The notes beneath the pieces were generated by a model. It did not search any database. It worked only from the letters and a program-made list of their open reading frames with translations, and was not told where the DNA came from. Shown piece after piece: positions 12,800 to 27,282 of a stretch of 64,000 bases of DNA; positions within the stretch are counted from its first letter, which is position 1, and the number at the start of each line of letters is the position of its first letter. A program made the position numbers and the translations under genes. Source of the stretch: Octopus sinensis (Eukaryota); assembly GCF_006345805.1 (NCBI RefSeq), contig NC_043013.1:53630001-53694000 (forward strand). The letters run 5' to 3'.

Positions 12800-13128
12800 G
12801 TGCCTTTTTATATTTTGATAAGCCTGGTACTTATTCTAACAGTTTCGTTTTGTGAAACCAGTAAGTTGTGGGGATGTAAATAAACGAACACCAGTTGTGA
12901 AGCAGTGATGAGGGAGAAACACAAAGACACACACATAGACTTACATATATACATACATATACATACAATTGATTTCTTTCAGTTTCTCTCTACAAAACCT
13001 ACTGAGAAGGCTTTGGTTGGTCTCGGGCTATAGCAGAAGACACATGCCAAGTTACTACACAGTGGGACTGAACTGAGAACCATGTGTTTTGGAACCAAGG
13101 TTGTTACCACACAGCCGCACCTGCACCT
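12800..13128 (-). mobile_element. Diverged tRNA-derived SINE, family 1
   Basis: Matches the reverse complement of 21397-21742 (ggctatagcagaagacac..cagtgggactgaac..ccacacagcc). Confidence 0.8.
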
Positions 13129-13164
13129 ATGTATGTGTGTGTGTTTATGGGTGTATATATGTAT

Positions 13165-13504
13165 GCATGTATATATGTGTAAATATTACATGTACATCTA
13201 TATATATATATATATATATATATACATCTAGACATACATGTATATCTATAGATATACATCTATACATATACATCTATACATATACATCTATACATATACA
13301 GCTATATATATACATGTATATATATTGTGTTGTATGTCTTGTACCCTGCTTTTTCGTTGCTTGAAAAGATGTCCGTCTCCATGGTTCTGTTTTTATGTTC
13401 GACGTTTTTTTTTGTATCCTGTACCTATATATGCATGTATATATACATATAGATGCAGGTACGTACATATATGTGTGTATATATGCATATGTTTTATTTA
13501 TTAT

Positions 13505-13558
<54 letters not shown>

Positions 13559-13828
13559 CCATATATATACATGTATATATATATATACACACATCCATAT
13601 ACATACAATAGAGAGATGTTTTTGTTTCACTTTTAACACGTAGTACTGAAATAGTGGAGAAGATATGATATTGCTGTGGGCTTGCCCTAGGCAAGAAGTT
13701 AAACATTTTTGCCCATGACATTACATGGACCCTAAGTAAGTCATGTGTAAAATTTCAATGAAATTGGTTGTGTAGTTCTCGAGTTTTAGGGAAACACACA
13801 GACAGAGAGACAGACACACATTCTCAGT

Positions 13829-13835
<7 letters not shown>
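13165..13835 (-). mobile_element. Non-autonomous Helitron, internally deleted copy of the 53317-55373 family
   Basis: 13610-13830 is highly similar to 55125-55355; 13165-13200 matches 53358-53405. Confidence 0.7.
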
Positions 13836-13876
<41 letters not shown>

Positions 13877-13884
13877 GTATATAG

Positions 13885-14075
13885 TTTAAATTTATAGAAA
13901 AACAAGAGGAAGACAGGTGTAGGAACAACAAGTAAATGTATTAGTTTGTCGCTCGGGAAAAATGAAAAGGTCTTTTACGTTTCGAGCCTACGTTCTTCAA
14001 CAGAAAGGAATAAGAAAAAATAAACAAAGAGTGAATGAAACGAACTGGTAGATTTCTGCGGTTCAGCATGACGAA
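13885..14075 (-). mobile_element. Family A (TA)n-embedded repeat
   Basis: acgtttcgagcctacgttcttcaacagaaagg core; homologous to 2583-2766. Confidence 0.75.
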
Positions 14076-14078
14076 TAT

Positions 14079-14154
<76 letters not shown>

Positions 14155-14169
14155 CCATATATATACATG

Positions 14170-14200
<31 letters not shown>

Positions 14201-14210
14201 GTTATATATG

Positions 14211-14245
<35 letters not shown>

Positions 14246-14490
14246 ATTTATATGTATATATTTGTATATGACGTATGCAACGTCGTAAGAAATTTGAAAA
14301 GCTAAACGCGAAACGGTCTTTCTTCTAAACTATGTCATTGTAAGGAAAAAAAATGTTTAATATTCTTCAGACATATTGACGCAAATATATATATATATTT
14401 TAACCTTTAAAACTTCTGTAGTTTTTTCACTTTTTACTATTTTCTATATATTCAACCACGTGCTTTCACAAACCAACTTTCTTATCTATC

Positions 14491-14522
<32 letters not shown>

Positions 14523-15132
14523 CACGCACATAGATCCTGCTTGTATGCGTACACATACATGTGTATGAGGACCTGTATGTGTCCATGTATACATACATTT
14601 ATGTGTTTATATATGGTAGTTTATGTTTGGTATAAATGAATTTATTTAAATTGATGCGTGTGTACATGTGTATATGTGTATATCTGTGAAAGATGGAGGG
14701 TGATACTGATCTGAATGTGTGTGTGTGTTTGTAATTTTTTGTGCTTTTCTACGCCAGTCTAGCTTTATTTTCCGTATTGGCTTTTATATGTCGGAATGTT
14801 TGAGTATAAATAAGTTACTAAAAGCACTACATTTGGTGTTTTTAAATTTTTTCTTTTCCATCTCAATCCTCTTTTCCCTCCCCACCCCCATAATCTCATT
14901 TAAATAATTAATTTCACATCTTGTGTGAGTGTGTGTGCACTCATATATTCGTCTCCTTTCATCAATATTACATTGGTTATACGCAAAAGTTTTAAATTGT
15001 CATTCAGCAGTTTTTGCGTTTTATGAAGTTGGAAAGCAGTCGTAAATATCTCTTACAATCTCATAACGCATATATATCTGTGTCTGTATATGTGTCTGTG
15101 TATACATGCATATATATATATATATATAATAT

Positions 15133-15210
<78 letters not shown>

Positions 15211-15233
15211 GTATATATATATGCACATGTATA

Positions 15234-15283
<50 letters not shown>

Positions 15284-16032
15284 CACCTTTACACATACAC
15301 ACTTAAACATAAATGCAAACAGATATAGGTATATATTTGTGTGTGTGTCTGTGTGTATGTATGTGTGTATATAAAGACATCGATTTCAGACATATTTCAT
15401 AATTCAATGGCGTTCAAAGTCGGTTTCAACAGATATACTGAAACACATAAGCACACACACATACACACACACATGCATACATATGTACACACACACACAC
15501 ACACTTATGTTTGTATATGACGTATGCAACACATTGTATGATCGCATAGTGTATTTAGTTGTAATATCGTTATTTAAACATTGCAATCATAGAATCATAC
15601 ATATTCTAAAATATTTTCAATTCTGTAATTTTCATTTTTCTTTCGTCAAATTTAAATTGAATGCTTTCAAGGGAAATTACAACCTTTATGTTTTATTACG
15701 AAATTTCAAATCAGAAATGACATAGAGACATCTCAACTCTTTCAAAAAAAATTCAACCAGTTCTCTACTGATTCAGCTTTCGTTCTGAATTCAAATTACT
15801 TGTTTGTGTCTTTTATATCATGTCTTTTACTCACAATTCCTTCAGTTTCAGTGTTGTATTTTGCCGATTTTTTTCTTTTATCTTCCATACCTAATAAATA
15901 TATAGTAATACTAACCTTTAATTCAGGGGAAGAACCGACCTATTCCAATATTTTTTCATACACAGCCTTTCTCTTATCATACTTCTCTTTAACTACGATC
16001 TCTTTTTTTCAGTTCATTCTGAAAATAATGAC

Positions 16033-16178
16033 TACGTGTTCAGTCTCACTACGACGCATTTTGATCGAGTGTCTTCTATTATAGCCTTGGGCTGATCAAA
16101 GACTTGTTAGTGTGTGTGTGTGCGTGTGTGTGTGTGTGTGTATGTGTGTGTGTATGTGTGTGTATGTGTGTGTGTGTA

Positions 16179-16240
<62 letters not shown>

Positions 16241-16457
16241 TGAGTGTGTGTGTGTGTTTGTGTCTATCTGTCCCCTATCACCGCTCGACCACCAGTGTTG
16301 GTATGTTTCCATTCCTGAAACATAGCGGCTCCGCAAAAGAAACCAATAGAGTAAGTACCAGGACTGGGATTAAATCGCTTGATTAGCGTTCTTCAAAAGA
16401 GTGCCATAATATGGCCGTTGTCTCAAGACTGAAACAAGTAAAAGATAAAAGATTAAA
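16033..16457 (+). mobile_element. Diverged SINE family 1 with expanded internal (TG)n
   Basis: gttcagtctcact..gtgtcttctattatagcc head, (TG)n at about 16110-16260, tail gactgaaacaagtaaaagataaaaga. Confidence 0.8.
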
Positions 16458-16501
16458 AGTATTTATTGAAATAACTGTGTAAATATTAATTTGGGGCTTG
16501 G

Positions 16502-16728
16502 AACATGAATAAGTATGAATTTGTTTCTACGCAGGGTTTTAACTGAAAAAATTCATAAGAGGAAGCTTTCCCATACACTGATTGGTCAGCTTTCAGTTGA
16601 AGCCATGCAAAATAGCTGCGTCACCATATTCATACCAACCCGTCTGACCTTTCTGTAATACAAGCTTCCTGTTTCGAAGTGCTTTCAATTAAAACCCTCT
16701 ATAAAAACAAATGCATATTATGTATGTT
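16502..16728. mobile_element. MITE-like element with imperfect TIRs of about 60 bp
   Basis: atgaatttgtttctacgcagggttttaactgaaa..aggaagctt versus aagcttcct..tttcaattaaaaccctctataaaaacaaatgcat. Confidence 0.65.
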
Positions 16729-16752
16729 ATTTTGATAAATAAATTTTATCGT

Positions 16753-17285
16753 TTGTCTTTTACTTGTTTCAGTCATTAGACTACGGCCATGTTGGGGCAC
16801 TCCCTTGAAGAATTTTAGTTGAACAAATCAACGCCAGTACTGTAAACGGCAGGACAGAGTGCTGAATTTTTTTTTTTGTGAACAACCTGCACAGAAGATT
16901 TTATAGTGATCAAACATTTGTCCCTTTCATTTGCTCATTCTCTCTATCAAATGAACTTTGCCAGCACAGTTTTATGCGCCACGCATCAGATGTCGAAGTG
17001 GTCACAGAGCACTGTGAAATGGAGTGGTTTACTCAAGAGCACAACACACTACCTGGTCCGGAAATCGAAACAGTGATCTTGCTATCGTGAGTGCAATACT
17101 TTGAGTAACCACTAGAACATCGTGAGGGGGAGACGATTGCACCAGCGATTGACTGGTGCTCAATGCAGTTGAGAAGACTGGAGCAACAAGAACTGAGGGA
17201 CAACGCGACACCTGGTCAAGGGCTCTAAGCTAAGTGCATAATTTTGTGATTCGAACGTACTACCACTTGACCACGCAATTCTACT
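16753..17285 (-). mobile_element. Cluster of old SINE fragments (family 1 tail and tRNA-headed family 3)
   Basis: ttttacttgtttcagtcattagactacggccatg at 16758-16792. actcaagagcacaacacactacctggtccggaaatcgaa is the reverse of a B-box plus body like 60410-60535. Confidence 0.6.
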
Positions 17286-18312
17286 GAGTAGATATAAAGG
17301 TAAAAGAAGTGTTAATTACAAACTTCTATCGTTCAGCTACACTAAGTGTAAATTATGATGAATGTGGCTTTATTAAAGAGCAAAATGTTTAAACGCTCCA
17401 GTTTGTAAGAAACCTATCAGAGAGAAATAAGTTTCTTAGAAGTTTCTGCAAAGCCATTTCGAAACAGCGAATAAATTCAGCTTTAGACATGTCATCAACG
17501 GCTGTTGTAGACTGAAGCTATAAATTCTCATTGTTTACATCTGAAACATTGCGGTGAAATATTATTAAGGTAGGCCGTCAGCCAGCGGTTGTGGTATTGT
17601 CTTTGACGAGGTAAGTTTGATAGCCTGTATTGTAAGGTCATCAAAAATAATATTCGCCGAGATGTTCCCAAGCAAAGTGATCTTGTGTTGTCAGCAGGAT
17701 ATTACCATTACTGTTTGGACAAGCAGCTAATATTACAAAAGCAATTAAATTGAAACAATTTTACAGAGTCAATTTTACACGTGGAAACAAGCGAAAGCGA
17801 AGAGAAATAATCTTTCAAACTAGCGCCATATATATATTCTTTACGGGACATCACTAAAACTTTATAGAATTAAAAGCAAGGAAGACAAGGCGAAAATGCA
17901 ATGTGTCTCTATTTGTAGTTCTGTGATTTATTTATTTACATGAGGGTTATTTCAAACAAATTACTTCCTAGGAAGCCAGGTAGCTACTTATTCCAGAATG
18001 AAATCCATGTTATAAGGGCTGTAATAGTTACAAATCAGCTAAGCGTTAAATAGGATTTTCCCACGTTATTGGAAACAAAATATAAATGAAAAGATTGCAA
18101 CAGTTTTCTATAATTTGTTTCGTCAATGCTGGTTCGATGTTACCAAAAGCTAGGATAATTATACCAGATTAGATTGAATATTTAATACAAATAATCTACT
18201 GCTTACAATGAATTAAAATCAAATTGTGAAACATTTCAGGGAAATGTCGAAAACAAAATTCTTAACAGAAGAAACACACTTTCTGCAATACCCACTCTTT
18301 CTTTCTTTATTT

Positions 18313-18382
<70 letters not shown>

Positions 18383-18537
18383 GGTTATGTCTATGTCTGT
18401 TTTCTCTATATATATATACATATCTATATATATCTATATCTATCTATCTATCTATCAATTTTACATTAAATTGAAAGATTACTCAGTACATTTCTTAAAG
18501 TGCAGATTTATTATGTGTGTTATGTGTGTTCAAACAT

Positions 18538-18568
<31 letters not shown>

Positions 18569-18800
18569 TACATATACATATGTATTTATATATGTTTGTA
18601 TGGATTATTTATGCATGTATGCATGTATGTATACGTACATAGGCAGGTTAACTCTTTGTTGACATACTTGTAGTTTCACCAGCCTGGGGGCTAAAAGCAA
18701 TAAATACCTCTCTCGTTCTTCCGTCCCAACTTTTTACTTGATATATATACACATGTATACACATGTATACCATTTCTGCATATATGTTATGCTCATACTG

Positions 18801-18833
<33 letters not shown>

Positions 18834-19422
18834 ATTTTTATGTATAAATATATGCATGTATATTTCCATGTGGATGTATGTGTGTGTGTTTATATATATG
18901 AATATATATGTATACCATTTATGCACATATATATTATACATACATACATGCATATATATATATATAATATTATATATATACATACATATCATTTTATGTA
19001 TTAACGAATGCATGTATCTTTCCACGTGTGTATCCATGTATATATCTAAATATGGGTGGGGGGCGAGCGTATTTGTGCATATGTGTGTGTGCGTGTGTGT
19101 GTGTGTGTGTTTCCGTGCAAAAAATATATACACGTACACAACCGCACATATATGCCAATCAGTCTGCACACGTCTACAATCATGTGTCAGCAACGTGAGT
19201 GTGTATTATTTTCTCAAGTAGACCTAAATATTGTTATCTACATTGTCAAACTGTTTCGCCAATTAGTTGCAATTATACGTACACGTAGATACATACCTTC
19301 ACAAGCTAACACAGTTCATATATATATATATATACCTACATATATACATATATATATGTATGTATTTATATATATATATGTATATGGATATATGATATAT
19401 ATATATATATGTACATAAGTAC

Positions 19423-19489
<67 letters not shown>

Positions 19490-19830
19490 TACTCAAACAC
19501 ACGAATACAAGTGTATGTGTGTGATATGTGTTTTAGTAAATGATACAGTTTGTACAGTTTGTACCTTATCGAGTTTTTTTCAACAAATTACTCGACACCC
19601 ACACCCACCCACATCTATAAATCATTTATACATATATACATGCCCATATGCTTGTATATATATATATACGCACACACATGCATACAGACATGTACGTGAG
19701 TGACGGTGTGTGTGTGCGCGCATATGTATGTCTAGTTTGTATAAGAATCTATGTTTCTATGTTTTTGTCAACAAATATTTCACACAATAAGATAGAAAGC
19801 GTTATTCGATTCCTACGTTTTCGGGAGATA

Positions 19831-19861
<31 letters not shown>

Positions 19862-19942
19862 TTATAAATGAGGGTGTGAAAAATCGATATTAATTAATAA
19901 TACCGTCAATTTAACACCAAGTGGCTTATATATATATATTTA

Positions 19943-20003
<61 letters not shown>

Positions 20004-20006
20004 AAT

Positions 20007-20046
<40 letters not shown>

Positions 20047-20062
20047 ATATATATATATATAG

Positions 20063-20102
<40 letters not shown>

Positions 20103-20312
20103 TGTGTGCGTGTGTGTATAAAACGTAGAAAAATAGAGAATATATATATGTAACGTAGTCTAATATAATATAATGCAATAGGATATAATATGATATATGA
20201 TAATTTATCATAAGCACATTCCTGGAAGGCGGAGATAAATTTAATAAATTATGATTTCATGCTATATGGTATTTTCTATACCTGTATTCCGTATGAGCGT
20301 GTGTGTGTGTGC

Positions 20313-20344
<32 letters not shown>

Positions 20345-20437
20345 GAGAGAATATGTATGCTTGTGTATGTCTGTATGTGTAGTGAGAGAGAAGGGGAAAG
20401 ACTCACACACATTCACGCGCGTGAGAGGTAGGTCATT

Positions 20438-20556
20438 ATTCTTTTTACTGTTTCAGTCATTTGACTGCGGCCATACTGCCTTTAGTCGAACAAATCTATT
20501 ACAAAACTTATTGTTCGTAAGCCTAGTACTTTCTCTTTCGCTGAACCGCTAAGTTA
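20438..20556 (-). mobile_element. SINE family 1 3' fragment
   Basis: tttactgtttcagtcatttgactgcggccat..gctgaaccgctaagtta. Confidence 0.75.
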
Positions 20557-20687
20557 CAAACACAGACACATAAAACACACACACACACACGCACACACAA
20601 ACACACACACACACACATGTATATATATATATATGTATGTATGTATGTTTATATATATATATATATAATATATATTATATATATATA

Positions 20688-20977
<290 letters not shown>

Positions 20978-20984
20978 ACGAGAC

Positions 20985-21270
20985 AGATGAGTGACAACCT
21001 GGCCACTGTGGTGGTGTAACACACCATACTAATCATATCTGTCGGGCATGTGGAAGGGAGTGTAACTCGGCAGGAGGACTTAAAACATGCAAAGGTACAT
21101 GAGGCCCAGTTACAACTACAGCCGGCTATTACCAGTAAAGGTTTTAGTTGCCAATTTTGTACAAGACATTGTAGATCTTTACTGGGCTAAAAAGTCACAT
21201 TTGATCACAGCACCAGTAACAGTTAAGCTTCGTGCAATGGCCATACTCGAAAACGAGGGGGCATCCATAA
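20985..21270 (+). mobile_element. RTE-like LINE 3' end with two C-terminal C2H2-type zinc fingers and 3' UTR
   Basis: With frameshifts it reads HICRACGRECNSAGGLK-HAKVH..FSCQFCTRHCRSLL-GLKSHI, followed by a CTCG-AAAA-CGAG stem-loop just before (TA)n. Confidence 0.7.
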
Positions 21271-21274
21271 TGTA

Positions 21275-21354
<80 letters not shown>

Positions 21355-21396
21355 ATATATATATAATATAATATGTTATGTATATATATATATATA

Positions 21397-21742
21397 GGCG
21401 CAGGAGTGGCTGTGTCGTAAGTAGCTTGCTTACCAACCCATGGGTCCGGGTTCAGTCCACTGCATGGCACCTTGGGCAGGTGTCTTCTACTATAGCCTCG
21501 GGCCGACCAAAGCCTTGTGAGTGGATTTGGTAGACGGAAACTGAAAGAAGCCCGTCGTATATATATATATGTGTGTACGTACGTTTGTGTGTTTGTCCCC
21601 CTAGCATTGTTTGACAACCGATGCTGGTGTGTTAATGTCCCCGTTACCTAGCGGTTCGGCAAAGAGACCGATAGAATAAGTACAGGGCTTACAAAAGAAT
21701 AAGTCTCGGGGTCGAGTTGCTCGATTAAAGGCGGTGCTCCAG
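21397..21742 (+). mobile_element. tRNA-derived CORE-like SINE, family 1, 3' truncated
   Basis: A-box-like GTGGCTGTGTCGTAAG, B-box-like GGTTCAGTCC, and CACCTTGGGCAGGTGTCTT; near-identical to 46901-47308. Confidence 0.9.
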
Positions 21743-21777
21743 AAAAAAGAAAAAAAAAGAAAAAGAAAAAGAAAGAA

Positions 21778-21814
<37 letters not shown>

Positions 21815-21962
21815 TCGACGGGCTTTCAGTTTCCGTCTACCAAATCCATTCACAAGGCTTTGGTGTGTTCGAGGCTATGTTAGAAGACACCTGCCCAAGG
21901 TGCCACACAGTGGAACTGAACCCAGAACCATGTGGTTGGAAAGCAAGTTTCTTACCACACAG
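21815..21962 (-). mobile_element. SINE family 1 5' half, inverted relative to the preceding copy
   Basis: Reverse complement of about 21410-21558. Confidence 0.85.
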
Positions 21963-22287
21963 TTTCTGCGATCAGATCTCACTGGAATCAGTTTTCCCTT
22001 TCGGGGTCGATTAAGTACGTCCTATATGGTATTGATGGCATCAATTAAGCACCTACCGTATATTCCTGGGCCTGTACTTAAATCATAACCTATTATTATT
22101 AACATTATTATTATTATTATTATTACAATTAAGTGCAATATAACGATATAATAACAATAATGGAATAACTCGCTTTTGAACTATTGTTTACACCGAGTTT
22201 CGCGTTGCTGCTTATCAAAACAACATTTCGCCTTCAACTACTTCTGCCGTCAAAAACAGACTTACAATAGTTTTACTATTATAGTCA

Positions 22288-22288
22288 T

Positions 22289-22360
<72 letters not shown>

Positions 22361-22361
22361 C

Positions 22362-22441
<80 letters not shown>
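22288..22441. repeat. (ACT)n with an internal (ACC)n block
   Basis: Visible; gives the poly-T and poly-V ORFs. Confidence 0.95.
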
Positions 22442-22443
<2 letters not shown>

Positions 22444-24225
22444 TTAAAGTTAACTTTTCTCTGTGCATTGGATACCGTTTCCTTTCACTTGTATTGTGTG
22501 TGTGTATATATATATATATATATACATACACATATATATATATACACACACATATATATATATATATATATACATACACACACACAAATATGTATATGCG
22601 TGTGTTTTATGTGTGTGTATGTGTATAAATTTATATCTTTTGTGTTTTACACGCTTCAATCATTAAACTGCGACCATGCTGGGACACCGTCTTATTACAT
22701 GTATATAGTATGTATATATATACGTGTATGTATATGCATATATGTAAGAACGCATATGCACATGTATATGTATGCATATATATATATACACATATACATT
22801 TATATGTATATTATATATATACATGTATCTATATATAGCTATAGATATATATGTGTGTGTGTGCGTGTATATATATATATATATGTTAGTATGCATTCAT
22901 GTGTACGTATGTATATATGCATGCATGTATGTATGGATGTACGTGTGTACGTATGTATGTATGCATGTATGTATGCACACGCGCATATCTATAACGAAAA
23001 GAATAATAAAAGAAACAGAAAGAAATGAAAATGAGACGGAAAATAGCAAAGAAATTTTTAAAACTGAAAGGAAACCCCGTGTGTTAACTGAAAGAAAATG
23101 GTAGTCGAGTGGTTAAGAAAATATTATCTTTTAAGTAAAATAACATTAACTGTGAGAATTATAGGAACTTGTCAATGGCGACCAGATGTTCAAAGGGAAA
23201 AGCTCTTTAGTAAAAGAAAAAGAAAAAATGGTTACCACGTGCCGTTGTTGCTAAAGAACGAAAAAATACTTAAAGGAACCCGCCAGAGAAAGAACTAAAA
23301 GACAGTTTATGTACACTGCACTGACTGCTGTGGCAATTAATGATGCAGAACTTAGAACTACCCGATTATTAATAGGTGGAAAAGAAAGTAGAGAATAGAG
23401 AAATACGTCTAAAATATTTTCACATGCTTCAACGGAATTTGGCGTGAAAATCTCTGAGTCAATTAGAAAGATTTTCAATAGCGCTACTGTTCTCTTTATT
23501 CACGTTGACAGTGTTGCTGTTATTGTTGTTGTTGTTATTTTGGTGGTGGTGGTGGTTGTGGTCGCGGTTAGCTTTGGTGTTTACACCCTTGTCAGCCTTG
23601 ATTGGCCGAACATCTTATTAAACACGCTGCAATCATATCTAAACTGGCTTTTGTTCAGACATTGATTCTAGGATAAAACACGCAGCGTTTATTCATGTAT
23701 GTGTCTATGGAGGTATGGATGCATGTATGCATGCATGTACGTAAGTACATACGTATGTATGTATTCATGTACATATGTACGTATATTTATATCATAATGA
23801 TTCTTTTTATGGAAAAAACAATTTAAAATTAAACTGAAGGATTACTCAATGATTATGCGAATGAGTCCAACGTAGGTCGTATATAAGCATGTGTATGTAT
23901 GAAAATTTTTTCAGAATGAGATAAAAATCCAAGGCCTTGGAGTTTTATCTCATTTTTACGTATTTTACCATTGCGATTTCTGGATCTCCAGAAAGACGCT
24001 AAGATTACATCATAGCCTTTAAAGCCCTGCAGCTGGCGGGAAGTTTACCATAAGCTCTCTTTCATTCTTAGTTTCCCGATTCTTATAATGCCTACGAATA
24101 CATATATACAAATTCACAAATGAATAATCGCCCTCTCAAATATAACTATATACATACATATATACATACATAGATATATACATACATACATACATATATA
24201 TATATATAATATACATATACATATG

Positions 24226-24256
<31 letters not shown>

Positions 24257-24365
24257 TATATACATATATATGTGTGTGTGTGTATGTATACATATATATG
24301 TATATATATATTATATATATATATATATACATACATATATATATACATATACATGCATATATATA

Positions 24366-24418
<53 letters not shown>

Positions 24419-24840
24419 TATGATCATACATACCGTTCCATGTGATTTTGCTGTTATTTCAATCATACTTAGTAAGCCACATGCTGGCTAATCTGTTTGT
24501 CTTATGTTGACATTACAACTACCTCCATAAATATATGCACTAATGTCCATATGTATTCAAGTCTCACTGTTAAAGAAGACCCATGTGAACCTTTCCGACA
24601 GTGTTGGCTCTGATCGGTGGGAAAAACCATACGAGGCAAACACATGTTTATTAAACGATATGACATATGATATTTTGATTAAGGGAAATACATGAGTGCT
24701 CAGACCATCCAATTAATGATTCGACTGTAGAATTTGGATAACAACAACAACAACAACTATGACAATAACGGAAAAGCACAAAGCCAAGAATTTTAAGGGG
24801 AGTTCGTTAGTGGATCCCGTTGCCTTGGGGACTTGAGACG

Positions 24841-24841
<1 letters not shown>

Positions 24842-24881
<40 letters not shown>

Positions 24882-24906
24882 TAATAACAATAACAATAAC
24901 AATAAC

Positions 24907-24964
<58 letters not shown>

Positions 24965-25715
24965 GTAATAATAATAATCCTTTTTTACTATAGACACAAG
25001 ACCTGAAATTTTGAGGGAGGAGTTAAGTCGATTACATCGACCCCAATACTCAACTGGTACTTAATTTATCGACCTCGAAAGGATGAAAAGCAATGTCGAT
25101 CTTTGAGGAAATTGAACTCAGAACGTGGTGAGAAACGAAATACCGCTCAGCATTTCGTCCAGCTAACAATACAATTCGCCGCCTCTTAATGAGAATAATC
25201 CTTTCTATTAAAGGCACAAGTTCTGAAATTTTAGGGTAGAGGACTATTCGATAAGATCGAAACTCCAGTCTTTCGCTGGCACTTAATTTATAGACCCCGA
25301 TAGAATGAAAGGCAAAGTCGACCTCAGCGGAATTTGAACTCGGAACGTGACGGCGGATGAAATGATACCAAGCATTTTTCCCGGCGTACTAACCATTCTG
25401 CCAACTCACCAGGATCAGGAGACTTAGGACAACATCGCAAGACGAAACTCGACAATAAAATTGATGGGCTTTTCATGGATCAAAAGTGGAAAAGCAACTA
25501 AAATTATTTTACTAACGCCACGAGACCAGCTAGTTAGAGGGGAAGGGCTAAATCATTTACATCTAACACTGTGTTCATCTGGTATTGATTTAATCGATCC
25601 CAAAATACGGATGGAAAATTTCTCGATGGAATTTAAACTCAGAAAAATAAATAGCTGAAAGAAATGTCGGTAAGGATTTTGTTCGACGCTCTCTACCATT
25701 CTGACAGATCGTCGC
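24842..25715 (-). mobile_element. Three head-to-tail copies of tRNA-derived SINE family 2 with expanded (ATT)n tail
   Basis: Units 24977-25183, 25196-25410 and about 25515-25715 share atcgacccc..gaaaggcaaagtcgacctc..gaatttgaactc; (AAT)n at 24842-24978 abuts the 3' end. Confidence 0.85.
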
Positions 25716-27282
25716 TTGTTAATCACTTTGCAAGTGGGTGGGGGTTATAGTCTTTCAAGGAGACTAGATATTATTTCCAGAAAATCAGGGGTAAATAAAG
25801 TCGGGACGTGGTGACAATAGAAATAAAATGGAGACAAACCAAGGATAAAATCAGTGGAGAGAAATTTTCAATGAGGAAGTATTGAATTAGAATCGATGGA
25901 GGAATCCACACTCTTGGGGTCTCTAATCAATGAATATGGAACATGTCAAGCTGATAAATATACCTTAACGTACTTACATTTATGTATGTGCACACAAGCA
26001 TATATATTTACATGGGCGCATATATGTCTGTATATACGTATAAATGTGTGTGTGCATTTTTATACGTATATTTACATGTACACATGTGTGTGTGTGTGTT
26101 TGCCAGTTTCTCTGTGATTTTGCATGCTCGTAACGTGTGTTGTGTGTATATGTTTGCAACTGTAAGCGATGCTTATTTTCTCCGCGTGTGCATGTGCCAA
26201 CGTTACTGTATCATTTGTGGTGAATACTTAAACATAACGAATTAAAATAGCCATATACGTACACAACACTCACGCACACATATATACATCGATATTCACA
26301 CAGACACACACTCAGACACACTACACACGCACACAAACTTGCACACATATCTACGCAACTACGACATTCATACATATTCGTAATCGATAGAATGCAGTCC
26401 ATTTTTTCTACTCGATGTCTTTCATTAAACGAACCTGTGGTACTCTACCAGTTCTAAAGCTTCCATGCTGAAAAAGAGCAAGTTCTTTGTCGATGCATGT
26501 AGTTAACCCTTACTTAATCTAATTAGATGTCTAAGTAGTCAATCCACTTCGTTTAGTTGGATAATTGTACGAAAGAAATATATGTTCCGCTGTCGTCTGC
26601 CAGCAATTGCTTCGTTACGTCAATGCTGTTTTGTTTGTTCGCTGTTAAAGCGAACGTTGGTGCGGTTCGTAATTGCTTGCGAGTTTTGCTTCATCAATCA
26701 GCAAAGATGGAAGGACTTCCCTTGTAGCTAATACACTATTGTTTGAAAAGCTGAATGTTTAAATGTTTAAAGCTACCCCCACCTCAATCTTTTCGGTCAG
26801 CTCCTCTTTCAATGTCAGTTAAAATAACTTAATGGAATCAATTGTCTTCATTGTTACGGCATATACGCATACCAGAAGATGTCTATCATTTCCGTATTAG
26901 ATAACAAAATATCTATCTATCAGAGAGAGGGAGAGAGAGAGAGAGAAAGAAAGAAAGAAAGAGAGTGAGAGAGAAAATGGAATTCATGATATTTTATTAA
27001 TCACTACGATCCTTTCGACACATTATTCATTGGTCCCTCGTGGGTGCGATGCTTTACGAATAGTTCGGTGCATCATTTGGTACAGTTGTATATCATCAGG
27101 TGACTTGTCAAATGGTACCTTCTTTTTTAATCTCCGTTGCACTTATTTCGTTTAGAATTCGTTCCTCTAGAGAAAGAATAGATGAGGAGCAAAAATATGG
27201 AGAGGGGGAGGAGAAAGATGGAGAGAGAGAAAGAGAGAGAGAAGGAGAGAAAGAAAAGTAACACAGAAAACGTAATCACCAT

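Noticed and set aside
14287-14324. TTGAAAA-gctaaacgc-GAAAC-G-GTC hammerhead-like string
   Set aside because: A 1-nt stem III loop with no palindrome; may be chance.
15760-16000. Purine-rich minus-strand stretch resembling decayed coding sequence
   Set aside because: Contains stops and no identifiable motif.
17570-17616. Possible micro-exon ending GAG|GTAAGT
   Set aside because: No convincing acceptor or recognisable peptide; an isolated donor is expected by chance.
21397-21470. tRNA-like A and B boxes as tRNA genes
   Set aside because: No cloverleaf, and the sequence continues into SINE body.
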